Shown here: in pieces, positions 1-9,773 of the stretch
How positions within the stretch are numbered: position 1 is the stretch's first letter
Layout of the letters: each line of letters begins with the position of its first letter
The notes under the pieces: model-generated
What the model saw: only the letters and a program-made list of their open reading frames with translations
The model's database searches: none
What the model was told of the DNA's origin: nothing
Source of the DNA: Anaerolineae bacterium
GTDB taxonomy: Bacteria; Chloroflexota; Anaerolineae; S016-19
Direction: 5' to 3'
NCBI GenBank assembly: GCA_027016315.1
Contig: JALWAP010000026.1
Location: 1-45,035 of the forward strand
DNA: 45,035 nucleotides
Made by a program: the position numbers and the translations under genes

Positions 1-2
1 TC

Positions 3-566
3 ACCAGGGACGATTTGCCCGATGGGGGGGCGCACATTTTCGCACGTACCATAGCCGAGATCAAGCGAATTCAGCCTGGCTGCACCGTGGAGGTGTTGAT
101 TCCCGATTTCAAGGGAGATCCGGACGCCCTGAAGATGGTGATGGACGAGCACCCCGAGGTGCTGAACCACAATGTGGAAACGGTGCCAAGGCTCTACCGT
201 ACCGTGCGGCCGCAGGCAAAATACGAACGTTCTCTAAAGGTGCTGCAAATGGCCCGGGAGATGGACCCCCATGCGCTCACGAAATCCGGCATCATGGTTG
301 GGCTTGGTGAGGAGTGGGACGAGATACTGATGGTTATGGACGACCTGCGGGAGCACGATGTGGACATTCTCACCATAGGCCAGTACCTGCAGCCGAGCCG
401 GTATCACCTGCCGATTTCCAGATACTACACTCCGGAGGAGTTCCAAAAGCTGCATGAAGAAGGCATGAAGCGAGGTTTCCTGTGGGTTGAGTCCGGTCCG
501 TTGGTTCGTTCTTCCTTCCATGCCGGGCAGCAGGTGAGGGAACTGCTGGCTAAGAAGCAGCGGTGA
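3..566 (+). CDS. lipA: Lipoyl synthase, C-terminal part (gene starts upstream of the window)
   Basis: Frame open from base 3 ([10 protein letters not shown]); LipA motifs [46 protein letters not shown]. Confidence 0.95.
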   Translation, partial: TRDDLPDGGAHIFARTIAEIKRIQPGCTVEVLIPDFKGDPDALKMVMDEHPEVLNHNVETVPRLYRTVRPQAKYERSLKVLQMAREMDPHALTKSGIMVGLGEEWDEILMVMDDLREHDVDILTIGQYLQPSRYHLPISRYYTPEEFQKLHEEGMKRGFLWVESGPLVRSSFHAGQQVRELLAKKQR

Positions 567-650
567 GGGCGTCGACCGGGGATGTAACTTGCATTACGCG
601 CTCACTTGGGGTATTTTGTCCGTGATCACGTTCGAGGAGAATCAGGTTCG

Positions 651-1679
651 ATGGAAGGGAGACATGAGCGCAGGAAATCCGACCATTTGCGCATAGCGCT
701 GGAAGAGGAGGTCGGATTTCCGAGGCTCACCACCGGCTTCGAGCGGTTCCGCTTCCTCCACCAGGCATTGCCGGAAGTGGACCTCGAGCGGGTGGATTGT
801 TCCACGGAGTTCTTTGGCAAGAAGCTGCGTACTCCGCTCCTCATTTCGTCGATGACGGGCGGTACTTCCGAGGCGGAGACGGTGAACCTGCGGCTTGCCG
901 AGGCCGCACAGGCCACGGGCGTGGCGATGGGACTCGGATCCCAGCGCGCTGCCGTGGAGGACGCTTCCCTGGAGTATACCTACCGCGTGCGTCGGGTGGC
1001 GCCGGATATCCTGCTGATGGCGAACTTGGGGGCTGTGCAGCTGAATTACGGTTATGGGGTCGACCAAGCCCGTCGCGCCGTTGAGATGGTAGAGGCCGAC
1101 GCTTTGATTTTGCACCTGAACCCGTTGCAGGAGGCGTTGCAGCCCGATGGGGATTGGAACTGGTCTGGTGTGCTGTCCAGGATCGAGGAAATATGTCGCG
1201 CTCTCGATGTCCCGGTCGTGGTGAAGGAAGTGGGCTGGGGCATTTCGGGGAAGGTGGCAAAATGGCTGGCCGACGCGGGGGTGTCGGCGATCGATGTGGC
1301 TGGAGCGGGTGGAACTTCCTGGAGTCAGGTCGAAAGATTCCGTGCTCCGGACGAGCGCTGGGAGCGGCTTGCCGCTTCGTTCGAAGATTGGGGCATCCCG
1401 ACGGCGGAATCGCTGCTGATGGTTCGAGAAGCGGCTCCTGGCGTGCCGGTGATCGCCAGCGGTGGCATCAGGAACGGGATCGACGTGGCGAAGGCTTTGG
1501 CGCTTGGCGCTTCGCTGGCCGGGATGGCGTCGCCGTTTCTGAAGGCGGCTTCGGTTTCGTCCCAGGCTGTGGTCGAGGAGATCGAGCTGATATCGAAACA
1601 GTTGCAGGTGGCGTGTTTTGCTTCCGGCGCAAAGGATGTCGAGGCGCTCAGGGAGCCGGGAAGGCTGTACCGGGTGTGA
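651..1679 (+). CDS. fni: Type 2 (FMN-dependent) isopentenyl-diphosphate delta-isomerase
   Basis: [60 protein letters not shown]; ATG 651 follows a GAGGAG RBS. Confidence 0.95.
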   Translation: MEGRHERRKSDHLRIALEEEVGFPRLTTGFERFRFLHQALPEVDLERVDCSTEFFGKKLRTPLLISSMTGGTSEAETVNLRLAEAAQATGVAMGLGSQRAAVEDASLEYTYRVRRVAPDILLMANLGAVQLNYGYGVDQARRAVEMVEADALILHLNPLQEALQPDGDWNWSGVLSRIEEICRALDVPVVVKEVGWGISGKVAKWLADAGVSAIDVAGAGGTSWSQVERFRAPDERWERLAASFEDWGIPTAESLLMVREAAPGVPVIASGGIRNGIDVAKALALGASLAGMASPFLKAASVSSQAVVEEIELISKQLQVACFASGAKDVEALREPGRLYRV

Positions 1680-1692
1680 TCGGAGAAGCGGA

Positions 1693-2730
1693 ATGGGGCT
1701 AAACGAGCGGTTCGAAAAATACATCCCGATGGTGGAATCGGAGATCAGGGCGGTTTTCGGGGACGTGCCTCCGGAGCTATCCGAGTTCTATGGGATGATG
1801 GAGTATCACCTTGGCTGGCGTGACAGGAATCTGAACCCGGCCAGGGGAAATTCCGGCAAGCGGGTGCGCCCTGTGATACTCCTCACCGTAGCGGAAGCCG
1901 TTGGGGGAGATGCGCAGGATGCTCTCCCGGGGGCGGCCGCTGTCGAACTTTTGCACAATTTCTCTTTGATTCACGACGACATCGAGGATAACAGCCCGAC
2001 CAGACGCCATCGGCCGACCGTCTGGGCTGTCTGGGGTGTGCCGCAAGCGATAAACACCGGTGACGGGATGTATTCCCTCGCTTACAGGGCTTTGTTGAGG
2101 CTCCAGGGAACGGGCGTTCCGGGAGATCGAATACTGCGGGCGATCACCCGGTTCAACGAAACCTGCATCGAGCTGACGGAAGGTCAGTTCCTCGACATGA
2201 GCTTCGAGGAACGAATGTACGTCACCACGGAGGATTACCTGAGGATGGTCGAGGGGAAGACCGCCGCGTTGCTCTCCACGTCCGCATTCCTTGGGGCTTT
2301 GCTCGGCGGTGCCGATGACGAGGTAACCGCCAGATACGCCACCTTCGGGAAGCAACTGGGGATCGCGTTCCAGATAGAAGATGACATCCTCGGTATCTGG
2401 GGCGACGAGGAGAAAACAGGGAAGCCGGCCGCAAGCGACGTCCTCGAAAAGAAGAAAACGCTGCCGATCATTTTTGGCTTGATGAAGGAGTTTGGTGACA
2501 GCGACGATAAGCCACTCACCCGGATTTTCGGGAAAGAGAAAATTACGCCGCAGGAAGCGAAAGAGGCGGCCAGGATTTTGGACGAGTACGGGGCGCGTGC
2601 GTATGCCAACACGCTGGCCGCCGAAGCCCACCAGCTCGCAATGACGGCGTTGGAGAACACAGGCGTTCGAGGTGAGGCGCAGGACGACTTGCGTGCCCTT
2701 GCCGAGAAGCTCTTGGGGAGGGAGTCGTGA
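1693..2730 (+). CDS. Polyprenyl (geranylgeranyl-like) diphosphate synthase
   Basis: GKRVRP, first Asp-rich motif LIHDDIED..RR, GQFLD, KT, second Asp-rich motif FQIEDDILG; adjacent to fni. Confidence 0.92.
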   Translation: MGLNERFEKYIPMVESEIRAVFGDVPPELSEFYGMMEYHLGWRDRNLNPARGNSGKRVRPVILLTVAEAVGGDAQDALPGAAAVELLHNFSLIHDDIEDNSPTRRHRPTVWAVWGVPQAINTGDGMYSLAYRALLRLQGTGVPGDRILRAITRFNETCIELTEGQFLDMSFEERMYVTTEDYLRMVEGKTAALLSTSAFLGALLGGADDEVTARYATFGKQLGIAFQIEDDILGIWGDEEKTGKPAASDVLEKKKTLPIIFGLMKEFGDSDDKPLTRIFGKEKITPQEAKEAARILDEYGARAYANTLAAEAHQLAMTALENTGVRGEAQDDLRALAEKLLGRES

Positions 2731-3623
2731 AGGCACCTTTGGACATTCGCCGGGATTCCGTCGGGAAAGTTGTGTTGTGGCTTCTCGCGGCGTGGTATCC
2801 GGTCGCGGCCCTGGCGATCCCAGCGAGGCATCAAGATATTGCCACCCTTGTAGCCGTCGCCGTGGCTTTGGTGGTGCTTCTCGTTAACGCTATGGCTGAT
2901 TTCGACCTGTGGGGTGTTTCCTCGTGGGGGTTCTTCCTCGGAAGCTGGGTTTCCGGGTTGTGGGCATTGGGTGGTTTCGTCAGGTTGTCGAGTTGGGCTG
3001 TCTATTTTTACCTGGCGGTGCTGGGACTTTCGTTGCCGGTTCTTTTGTGGCAAATGTGGACGATGCGGAAGTCGATCCCCGTCGATTCTTGGGTGGTTCT
3101 GGTGTTGTTTCTGGGGGCGGTTGCTGCCAGCGAATTGGCGATGGTGCCTGCAAAGGTCATCGGGCGTGAGGCTCTGCTTGGGATGCTCTTCTTCGCGAGC
3201 CTGGAGATGTTCGCTGTGACTGCCGGGATGCTCCACGCGGCATCGTGGGGAGCACGGTCTGTAGCCGTTGCTGCCATGGCGGAATTCCTGGTCGCAGTGA
3301 TGCTTCTCGAGCCGGACTACGCTTTGTTCAAGCCGATGGCGAACACCGCGATGTTTGCCATCGAGGCTGTCCCCATCCTGCTGATCCCGGCGATAGCGTA
3401 CTTTTGCCGCTCGGATCAGCGGGCTGCGTGGCTTTCGTGGGCTGTGACTGTGTTGGGAATTGCTGCCGCAGTGGGTTTCGGCGTGGCAAACAAAGGCACC
3501 GATTTCGATACCGTGGAGCGCCTGGTGCTGGTAGCCCTTCCGTGCGTCCTGGCCGCGCTGCTGGCGGTGCGAATCTACCCCGCGCTGCCGAAGAAGGAAG
3601 AGCCGTCGCACACTGTTGGGTGA
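2727..3623 (+). CDS. Polytopic membrane protein of unknown function
   Basis: 298 aa, nearly all hydrophobic segments; GTGA overlap with the upstream stop suggests translational coupling. Confidence 0.7.
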   Translation: MKAPLDIRRDSVGKVVLWLLAAWYPVAALAIPARHQDIATLVAVAVALVVLLVNAMADFDLWGVSSWGFFLGSWVSGLWALGGFVRLSSWAVYFYLAVLGLSLPVLLWQMWTMRKSIPVDSWVVLVLFLGAVAASELAMVPAKVIGREALLGMLFFASLEMFAVTAGMLHAASWGARSVAVAAMAEFLVAVMLLEPDYALFKPMANTAMFAIEAVPILLIPAIAYFCRSDQRAAWLSWAVTVLGIAAAVGFGVANKGTDFDTVERLVLVALPCVLAALLAVRIYPALPKKEEPSHTVG

Positions 3624-3692
3624 GGCTGTTCTGCGTCCGTACCCGTGTCGGGAGCACAATTCGCCCCGCGTTTTTCCGAAGTTCTACGAGCC

Positions 3693-5444
3693 ATGAAGTG
3701 CAACAATCTGTGTACATTCGTTTTCGCGTTCTTGCTGGCGCTGGCGGCGCTTTTCCCGGGCGCGGGTAAAGCGTGCGCCGATGGAATCACCATCAGAATC
3801 CTCCACACATCCGACACCCACAGTCATTTCGAACCGACGGCTGATCATCTGGGCGGCGTGGCGCGGAGGCGTGAGCTGGTCAGAGAGATCCGCAGGCAGG
3901 GCGGTAACGTCCTGCTGGTGGATGCCGGAGACGTGTTCCGCGGCACGCTCTATTTCTTCGAATACCGGGGTGAGGCCTGCGCGTGGGTGATGAACCGGAT
4001 TGGCTATGACGCCATGGCGGTCGGAGAACACGAGTTCGACCTGGGCGATTCGGCGCTGGCGCAGTTCGCCGGAGAGGCCAGATTCCCGTTGCTGGCAGCG
4101 AACCTGGGTGTTCCGGCTTCGTCTCCTCTTTCCGGCAAAGTGCTTCCTTACGTCGTGAAGGAATTCGGGGGTCAGAAAGTCGGGATTTTCGGTCTTATCA
4201 CGCCGGACGTAATGCGGGCGAACCGGCTTCCGGGGTTTTCCGTCGGCGATCCGGTAGCCGCGGCAAATCAAACTGTCGCCGGGCTCAGATCGCAGGGGGT
4301 GAACAAAGTCGTATTGCTCTCCCATCTCGGATACGAGCGCGACAAAGCGCTTGCCGCCTCCGTTCAGGGGATCGATGTGATAGTGGGCGGGCATTCACAC
4401 ACGTTGCTGGGAAATTTGCCGGGCTCCGCAGGCCCGTATCCGACGGTGGTTCGGTCGCCTTCCGGAGATCAGGTGCTGGTGGTGGCGTCCGGCAAATGGG
4501 GAGAGTACCTGGGCGATCTCTCGGTTACGTTCGACGATGCGGGGAGGGTCTCGGCTTATTCTGGCGGCCTGTACCCCCTCGATTCCGGCGTCCGGCACGA
4601 TCGTGAGATGTCTGGGATGGTCAAGCGGTTCAAAGCGCCGATCGCCGGGTTCGAGCACACCAGCATCGGGGTTTCGAGCGAGATGCTCGACGGGAGCTAC
4701 TATCGTATCCGGAAGCACGAGACGAACCTGGGGGATGTGATAGCCGATGCCATGAGGTGGAAGATGGCGTCGGACGGCGTGCAGGTGGCATTGATCAACT
4801 CCGGCGCCGTGCGCGCAAGCATCCAGGCCGGGGACGTGTTCCCGTGGCAGGTGCTTTCGGCGCTTCCGTACGGCGACGAGATCGTGGACATGAACCTGAC
4901 CGGCACTCAGCTCCTGGAAGCGCTGGAGATCGGCGTTGGGCAGAGCGGATACGGTTCTGCGGCGCGGTTTCTGGTTCGCGCTGGCAGCGGAGCTGGCGTG
5001 CATGGGCTTGCCCGGCTTCTATACGCTCCGAGTGGCCGGTTTCCCCAGGTCAGCGGTTTGAGGTTCTGGTGGAACCCGCGGCAGCCTTCGGGAGCGCGGA
5101 TCGTGGATGTTCAGGTCTGGAATGGAACCAGGTACGAACCGATCGATCCGGCTGCCACGTACAGGGTCGCTGTGAACAGTTACATCGCGCAAGGAAACGA
5201 TGGATATTCGGTTCTCACGCGCGGGACGGATGTCTATCACACAGAAATCCCGATGACGGATGCCGTGATCGAATACGTTCGGTCGCAGGGGAATTTGCGC
5301 GTGGAAATGGGTAGGATATACTCCACATACGGAACCACCAGCATCCCGGAGGCGTCTACAAAATGGATGGTAATCGCAGGCCTCCTCGTGATCCTGGTGT
5401 ACTCGATGGTGTGGGGTTTTAGGAAATGGAGGAAAGCAAGGTGA
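3693..5444 (+). CDS. Secreted 5'-nucleotidase / UDP-sugar hydrolase (UshA family) with C-terminal PEP-CTERM-like anchor
   Basis: Signal peptide; metallophosphoesterase motifs HTSDTH, DAGD, GEHEFD, LSHLG, GGHSH; 5'-nucleotidase C-domain motifs ETNLGD, NSGAVR, RFPQVSG; tail IPEAST-TM-RKWRKAR. Confidence 0.88.
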   Translation: MKCNNLCTFVFAFLLALAALFPGAGKACADGITIRILHTSDTHSHFEPTADHLGGVARRRELVREIRRQGGNVLLVDAGDVFRGTLYFFEYRGEACAWVMNRIGYDAMAVGEHEFDLGDSALAQFAGEARFPLLAANLGVPASSPLSGKVLPYVVKEFGGQKVGIFGLITPDVMRANRLPGFSVGDPVAAANQTVAGLRSQGVNKVVLLSHLGYERDKALAASVQGIDVIVGGHSHTLLGNLPGSAGPYPTVVRSPSGDQVLVVASGKWGEYLGDLSVTFDDAGRVSAYSGGLYPLDSGVRHDREMSGMVKRFKAPIAGFEHTSIGVSSEMLDGSYYRIRKHETNLGDVIADAMRWKMASDGVQVALINSGAVRASIQAGDVFPWQVLSALPYGDEIVDMNLTGTQLLEALEIGVGQSGYGSAARFLVRAGSGAGVHGLARLLYAPSGRFPQVSGLRFWWNPRQPSGARIVDVQVWNGTRYEPIDPAATYRVAVNSYIAQGNDGYSVLTRGTDVYHTEIPMTDAVIEYVRSQGNLRVEMGRIYSTYGTTSIPEASTKWMVIAGLLVILVYSMVWGFRKWRKAR

Positions 5445-5737
5445 GCATCCGTGCCGTGGAAGGCGGGGTCGTGGTTTCGGTTCACGTGATCCCGAGATCG
5501 AGAAAGGAAGGGCTTGCAGGCTTCCACGGAGATGCAGTCAAGCTGAAGGTGAGTGCCCCGCCGGTGGAGGGAGCAGCCAACAAAGCCGTGGTCAGGTTCT
5601 TTGCAAAGCTTTTCGGCGTTCCGAAGGGCGATGTGGAAATTCTGAGGGGTGCAACCGGAAGGGAAAAGCAAGTGTTCGTCCGCGGAGTGAAGCTGGAGGA
5701 GGCCGAAGAGATTCTGACCAGAGCTTCAGGAGGCTGA
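5441..5737 (+). CDS. DUF167 / YggU family protein
   Basis: V.V.PRS..., LKVSAPPVEGAAN, GATGREK motifs; GTG start overlaps the upstream TGA. Confidence 0.9.
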   Translation: MSIRAVEGGVVVSVHVIPRSRKEGLAGFHGDAVKLKVSAPPVEGAANKAVVRFFAKLFGVPKGDVEILRGATGREKQVFVRGVKLEEAEEILTRASGG

Positions 5738-5738
5738 T

Positions 5739-6098
5739 ATGTCGAGGAAAATAGCGGTAGGCATCCTTTTGATCGTGCTGGTTGCGCTCAGCGGATGCGG
5801 CGGTTCGAAGCCAGCGTCCCACGTGGCTTCGGCGAAGGAGGGGCTTACGGTGAAGGAGACTTCGCTGGTCGAAAAGGCCAGGAAAGACCTGGCCAAGCGG
5901 TTGGGCATTTCAGAGGAAAAGATTTCGTTGAAATCCATCGAGTCGGTGGAGTGGCCTGACACAAGCCTCGGCTGCCCGGAAGAGGGAAAGATGTATGCCC
6001 AGGTGGTTCTGCCGGGGTACAAGATCGTGCTGGAGGCAAACGGCAAGTCATACGAATATCACGCTGGCGGAAACGACCTGGTTTTCTGCCAGAAGTGA
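5739..6098 (+). CDS. Small lipoprotein of unknown function
   Basis: Lipobox LSGC; motif VEWPDTSLGCP..G.MYAQVV.PGY...YEYH, which I recall from uncharacterised secreted proteins. Confidence 0.8.
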   Translation: MSRKIAVGILLIVLVALSGCGGSKPASHVASAKEGLTVKETSLVEKARKDLAKRLGISEEKISLKSIESVEWPDTSLGCPEEGKMYAQVVLPGYKIVLEANGKSYEYHAGGNDLVFCQK

Positions 6099-6102
6099 AC
6101 TC

Positions 6103-6129
6103 TGGGGCGGGGACGCAGACTTCGCCCCA
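6103..6129 (+). terminator. GC-rich hairpin after the lipoprotein gene
   Basis: TGGGGCGGGG...CTTCGCCCCA inverted repeat; weak U tract. Confidence 0.4.
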
Positions 6130-6135
6130 CCGGAT

Positions 6136-6164
6136 TTGCTCTACGCTGCCCTCGTTGCTATAAT
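6136..6164 (+). promoter_or_regulatory. Sigma70-type promoter of tRNA-Pro
   Basis: TTGCTC-17 bp-TATAAT with extended TG, 12 nt upstream of the tRNA 5' end. Confidence 0.75.
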
Positions 6165-6176
6165 TTTCAGTGACAT

Positions 6177-6250
6177 CGGGGCGTAGCGCAGTCCGGTAGC
6201 GCACTTGAATGGGGTTCAAGTGGTCGGAGGTTCAAATCCTCTCGCCCCGA
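6177..6250 (+). tRNA. tRNA-Pro(GGG); CCA not encoded
   Basis: Acceptor CGGGGCG/CGCCCCG, D arm GCGC...GCGC, anticodon arm CTTGA-ATGGGGT-TCAAG, T arm GGAGG-TTCAAAT-CCTCT. Confidence 0.97.
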
Positions 6251-6256
6251 CACTAA

Positions 6257-6294
6257 AGAAGCCGATGGCTCCACATGAAGGCCATCGGCTTTCT
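6257..6294 (+). terminator. Intrinsic terminator after tRNA-Pro
   Basis: AAGCCGATGGC...GCCATCGGCTT stem followed by TCT. Confidence 0.65.
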
Positions 6295-6347
6295 CATAGG
6301 CGCAGGCTCTGGGGCCTGCCGATGACGGAGAATGCTGGACGACTGCC

Positions 6348-7853
6348 ATGGGAAGAAAGTCGGAGAAAGTAGAAGTCAACTGGTCTCCGTGCCGGAAGCT
6401 GGATCAGGAGATCCGGGATTTTCTCAAGTATGTGGTTGCCGGGCTCAGGGTTACCACCGACGTGAGCCGTTCCGACATTCTCCTCTATTGCAAGTACCAC
6501 AACTCTCTGGTCGTGTTTGCCCAGGCGATGCCCAATTCCATGGCTCCCCTTTTCCGGGATTTCATCGTAGGGCGCATGGTTTCTCCAAAAGAGGAGCCGA
6601 AGATATGGGAGGCGGTGACGGAAGGGAAGAGCGGCGTGCGACAACTCGAGATACTTCCCGGAACGGCGCCGGTCTACCAGCAGGCAGTTCCTTTGAAGTA
6701 CAAAGGGAAGCACATCCCGGTGGCAGCCGCCATCTACACCAACCTCATCGAGCACGAAAGACAGCGTCACAGGAGCCCCGTTTTCCAGAAAGCCGTGAGA
6801 TGCTTGCAGAGGATGTGCTGTTCCGGGGAGTTGCGCACATGTGGGGAGCTGACCCCATTCACGGAGTGGGATGGCATCCTGTACGTGAACAGCAAACTAA
6901 CGATCAAATACATGAGCGGCGTGGCTATGAACCATTACAGGCGCATCGGCCTGCTGGGGGAATTGGTGGGCCATCGCCTGGTGGAGACCGGAACCAGGGA
7001 TGCCGAGTTGGTGAAGGCCGCTCTATCTGCGGGTAGATGCCTGGAGTACGAGGGGGAAGAAAGCGGTCGGTTGTGGGTGCGCAAGATCGTGCCGATGAAG
7101 TGCCCCGAAATGTTATCCATCTTCAAGAGGATGGAGGCGGGTAGGGAAAGCAGGGGATTCAACGGCGCGTTGATCCTCGTTCACGACGCAACGGAAGAAA
7201 AGCTGAAGGAGAGGGAGATCCAGGTCAAGAACGCCATGATCCAGGAGATCCATCACCGCGTGAAGAACAACCTCCAGACCGTGGCGTCCCTTTTGAGGAT
7301 GCAGCAGAGGCGAGCTCAGAGCCCGGAAACGAAAGAAGCCCTCCAGGAGGCGATAAGCCGCATCCTGAGCATCTCTGCCATCCACGAATATCTTTCCCAT
7401 AGCAGCGGCAGGACCATCAACATCAAGGATGTTCTGAAAAGGATCGTTGGGCAGACCAAGGAGCTCTTGTCCGGGGAGATGCCGATCAAGATATATTTCG
7501 ACGGCGCGGATGTGTACCTGCCTCCCCAGCATACGACGGCCTGTGCCCTCATCGTCAACGAATTGCTCCAGAACGCCATCGAGCATGGGCAGGCTGGAGT
7601 TCCCAAGCCTGGCGAAATAATGGTAGAATTGGAAGACCTTGGCGACGAAGTGCGCATACAGGTGAGGGACAACGGGGTCGGGCTGCCGCCGAATTTCGAT
7701 CCGAGCAAGGTGTCCAGTCTTGGGCTTCAGATCGTAAATTCTCTGACGCAGAACGAACTCAGCGGCACCTTCCGGTTGAGGCGGGAGGGTGACTACACCG
7801 TAGCGGAAATTCGCTTCCCGAAAGCGATTGCAAAGGAGAGAGAAAATGGGTAA
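6348..7853 (+). CDS. Cytoplasmic sensor histidine kinase, PdtaS/EutW-like (HisKA_2)
   Basis: H-box [12 protein letters not shown]-box [12 protein letters not shown]1 RDNGVG, G2 SLGLQIV; no TM segment; N-terminal GAF/PAS-like region. Confidence 0.9.
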   Translation: MGRKSEKVEVNWSPCRKLDQEIRDFLKYVVAGLRVTTDVSRSDILLYCKYHNSLVVFAQAMPNSMAPLFRDFIVGRMVSPKEEPKIWEAVTEGKSGVRQLEILPGTAPVYQQAVPLKYKGKHIPVAAAIYTNLIEHERQRHRSPVFQKAVRCLQRMCCSGELRTCGELTPFTEWDGILYVNSKLTIKYMSGVAMNHYRRIGLLGELVGHRLVETGTRDAELVKAALSAGRCLEYEGEESGRLWVRKIVPMKCPEMLSIFKRMEAGRESRGFNGALILVHDATEEKLKEREIQVKNAMIQEIHHRVKNNLQTVASLLRMQQRRAQSPETKEALQEAISRILSISAIHEYLSHSSGRTINIKDVLKRIVGQTKELLSGEMPIKIYFDGADVYLPPQHTTACALIVNELLQNAIEHGQAGVPKPGEIMVELEDLGDEVRIQVRDNGVGLPPNFDPSKVSSLGLQIVNSLTQNELSGTFRLRREGDYTVAEIRFPKAIAKERENG

Positions 7854-8454
7854 GAAGAGGATCGTAATCGCCGACGACGAAACTCTGATCTTGATGGATT
7901 TGAAGGAGATGCTTACCAACCTTGGCTACCTGGTGGTAGGGGAGGCGCGGGACGCGAAGAGTGCCGTCAACCTTGCCCGTGAGCTTCGCCCTGACCTGGT
8001 GATCCTGGACATAAAATTCGAGGGGCAGGATTTCGATGGTATCGATGCCGCGAAAGTGCTGACCGAAGAAAGGATCGCTCCAGTGCTCCTTCTGAGCGCT
8101 TACAGCCAGCAAGACCTGGTGCAACGAGCGTTGGAAGCCGGTGTTGGCGGATATCTGGTGAAGCCGTTCCGTGAAAGCGATCTTCCTCCAGCAATCGAGG
8201 TTGCCATTTCCCGTTTCGAGGAGTTCATGGCGCTCAAGAAAGAGGTCGGCAACCTGAAGCTGGCTTTGGAAACCAGGAAGCTCGTGGACAGGGCTAAGGG
8301 CATCCTGATGGATCAGTACAAAATGACCGAGGCCGAGGCGTTCAGGAAGATACAGAAAATGAGCATGGACACCAGAAAGCCGATGAAGGAAGTCGCGGAA
8401 GCGATAATCATCGCCTACGAAGCTGCCAAGGGAGCCTCGAAGGAAGAGGAGTGA
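7846..8454 (+). CDS. ANTAR-domain response regulator, PdtaR/EutV-like
   Basis: Receiver (IADDE, ILDIK, YLVKP) plus ANTAR signature RKLVDRAKGILM...EAEAFRKIQKMSMD...MKEVAEAI. Confidence 0.92.
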   Translation: MGKKRIVIADDETLILMDLKEMLTNLGYLVVGEARDAKSAVNLARELRPDLVILDIKFEGQDFDGIDAAKVLTEERIAPVLLLSAYSQQDLVQRALEAGVGGYLVKPFRESDLPPAIEVAISRFEEFMALKKEVGNLKLALETRKLVDRAKGILMDQYKMTEAEAFRKIQKMSMDTRKPMKEVAEAIIIAYEAAKGASKEEE

Positions 8455-8461
8455 GCAAAAG

Positions 8462-8497
8462 AAAAGGGCGCAAGCATGAAGCTGCGCCCCCATCTTT
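8462..8497. terminator. Probable bidirectional terminator between convergent genes
   Basis: AAAAGGGCGCA...TGCGCCCCATCTTTT. Confidence 0.55.
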
Positions 8498-8515
8498 TGC
8501 AGAAATGTTGCGGAG

Positions 8516-8806
8516 TCAGAGCGTTACTGCGAATCCCAAGAGGCTGTGCAATATGTTGATCCCGACCAGGGATAGCAGCAAGCTTAAAAACAGTATCCCG
8601 AAGATCACGAGGATGACCGCAAGGGTTATCGCCAGAGCAAAGCCGCAGCCGAATTGGAAGCCATCGGAGAAGGTGAGCCCGACGCTTTCCTCCCCTTCGG
8701 GTGTTGTTACCGGTCCGGGAGGAATTTCTTCCGGTGGGATCTCTGCAATTGCGTCGTCCGGATGAAAATCTGCAAGCTGAGGCTCTTGGTTCAGATGTTC
8801 TTCCAT
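8516..8806 (-). CDS. Small membrane protein (96 aa), hypothetical
   Basis: ATG at 8806 with AAGGAG RBS; acidic/Pro-rich N-terminus, FSDGFQFGCGF, then a long hydrophobic C-terminus; has its own promoter. Confidence 0.75.
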   Translation of the reverse strand: MEEHLNQEPQLADFHPDDAIAEIPPEEIPPGPVTTPEGEESVGLTFSDGFQFGCGFALAITLAVILVIFGILFLSLLLSLVGINILHSLLGFAVTL

Positions 8807-8837
8807 TTTGTCTCCTTGCAAAATGAATTCGATTGAA

Positions 8838-8867
8838 ATTATAGCATACAGGGGAAGCACATGACAA
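8838..8867 (-). promoter_or_regulatory. Minus-strand promoter of the 96-aa membrane protein
   Basis: On the minus strand TTGTCA-18 bp-TATAAT with extended TG; overlaps the start of the divergent GT2 gene. Confidence 0.55.
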
Positions 8868-9637
8868 AAGGTAAAGGGACAGCGAATCCTGAGGAAATTC
8901 GGAAACTTTCCATACTCATGCCGGTTTACAACGAAAAGAAGACCATCAAGGCGATACTGGCTATCGTCAGAGCGCTCGACGTGATAGTCGACATAGAGCG
9001 CATAGACGATGGTCTGGATACAGAGCGGGTGGTTATGGAGAAGGAAATCATCGTCGTAGACGATGGCTCCACCGACGGCACCCGGGACATCCTCAGGGAA
9101 GAAGAGAAGCGTGGGGACATCAAGGTCTTCTATCACGAGAAGAATATGGGGAAAGGCGCGGCCGTTCGGACGGCGATCCAGCATGCTACGGGCGACGTGA
9201 TGCTGATCCAGGATGCGGACCTGGAGTACGATCCGAAGGATTATCCGAAGCTTTTGAAGCCTATCCTGGAAGGCAAAGCTGCGGTGGTGTACGGCTCCAG
9301 GTTCCTTGGAGGCCCCCGGAAGGCCATGTTCTTCACCCACATGCTTGGGAACAAATTCCTGACTTTCGTGACGAACATCCTCTACGATACCATTTTGAGC
9401 GATATGGAGACATGCTACAAAGCCTTCCGTGCCGATGTAATCAAGAATATCCCGCTTCGGTCACGCGGCTTCGAATTCGAACCGGAGGTAACGGCGAAGG
9501 TGTTGAAGCGTGGCTACAGGATCTACGAAGTCCCCATTTCATACGCGGGCCGGGAGTACAGCGAAGGGAAGAAGATCTCCTGGAAAGACGGCTTCAAGGC
9601 CGTCTGGACGCTGATCAAGTACCGGGTGACGGATTGA
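8861..9637 (+). CDS. Glycosyltransferase family 2 (polyprenol-phosphate sugar synthase / DPM1-like)
   Basis: [48 protein letters not shown]. Confidence 0.93.
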   Translation: MTKGKGTANPEEIRKLSILMPVYNEKKTIKAILAIVRALDVIVDIERIDDGLDTERVVMEKEIIVVDDGSTDGTRDILREEEKRGDIKVFYHEKNMGKGAAVRTAIQHATGDVMLIQDADLEYDPKDYPKLLKPILEGKAAVVYGSRFLGGPRKAMFFTHMLGNKFLTFVTNILYDTILSDMETCYKAFRADVIKNIPLRSRGFEFEPEVTAKVLKRGYRIYEVPISYAGREYSEGKKISWKDGFKAVWTLIKYRVTD

Positions 9638-9773
9638 GCTGTGGACGGCGTGCCCAATAGCGGGTTCCGGCGCAGGCATTCATGCGATGCAGGATCGCGA
9701 TGTCGACTTGCGATTTCATCCGTTTTCTGTAGCGGCCGCAGGGTTCGCCCGGGAATTTCCTCTTTGACGTGAA

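Noticed and set aside
2727-3623. Membrane protein as the exosortase for the IPEAST tail
   Set aside because: No extracytoplasmic loop with the catalytic Cys motif and no N..R/H signature.
6177-6300. tRNA-Pro as an integration site
   Set aside because: No integrase and no duplicated tRNA 3' end elsewhere in the window.
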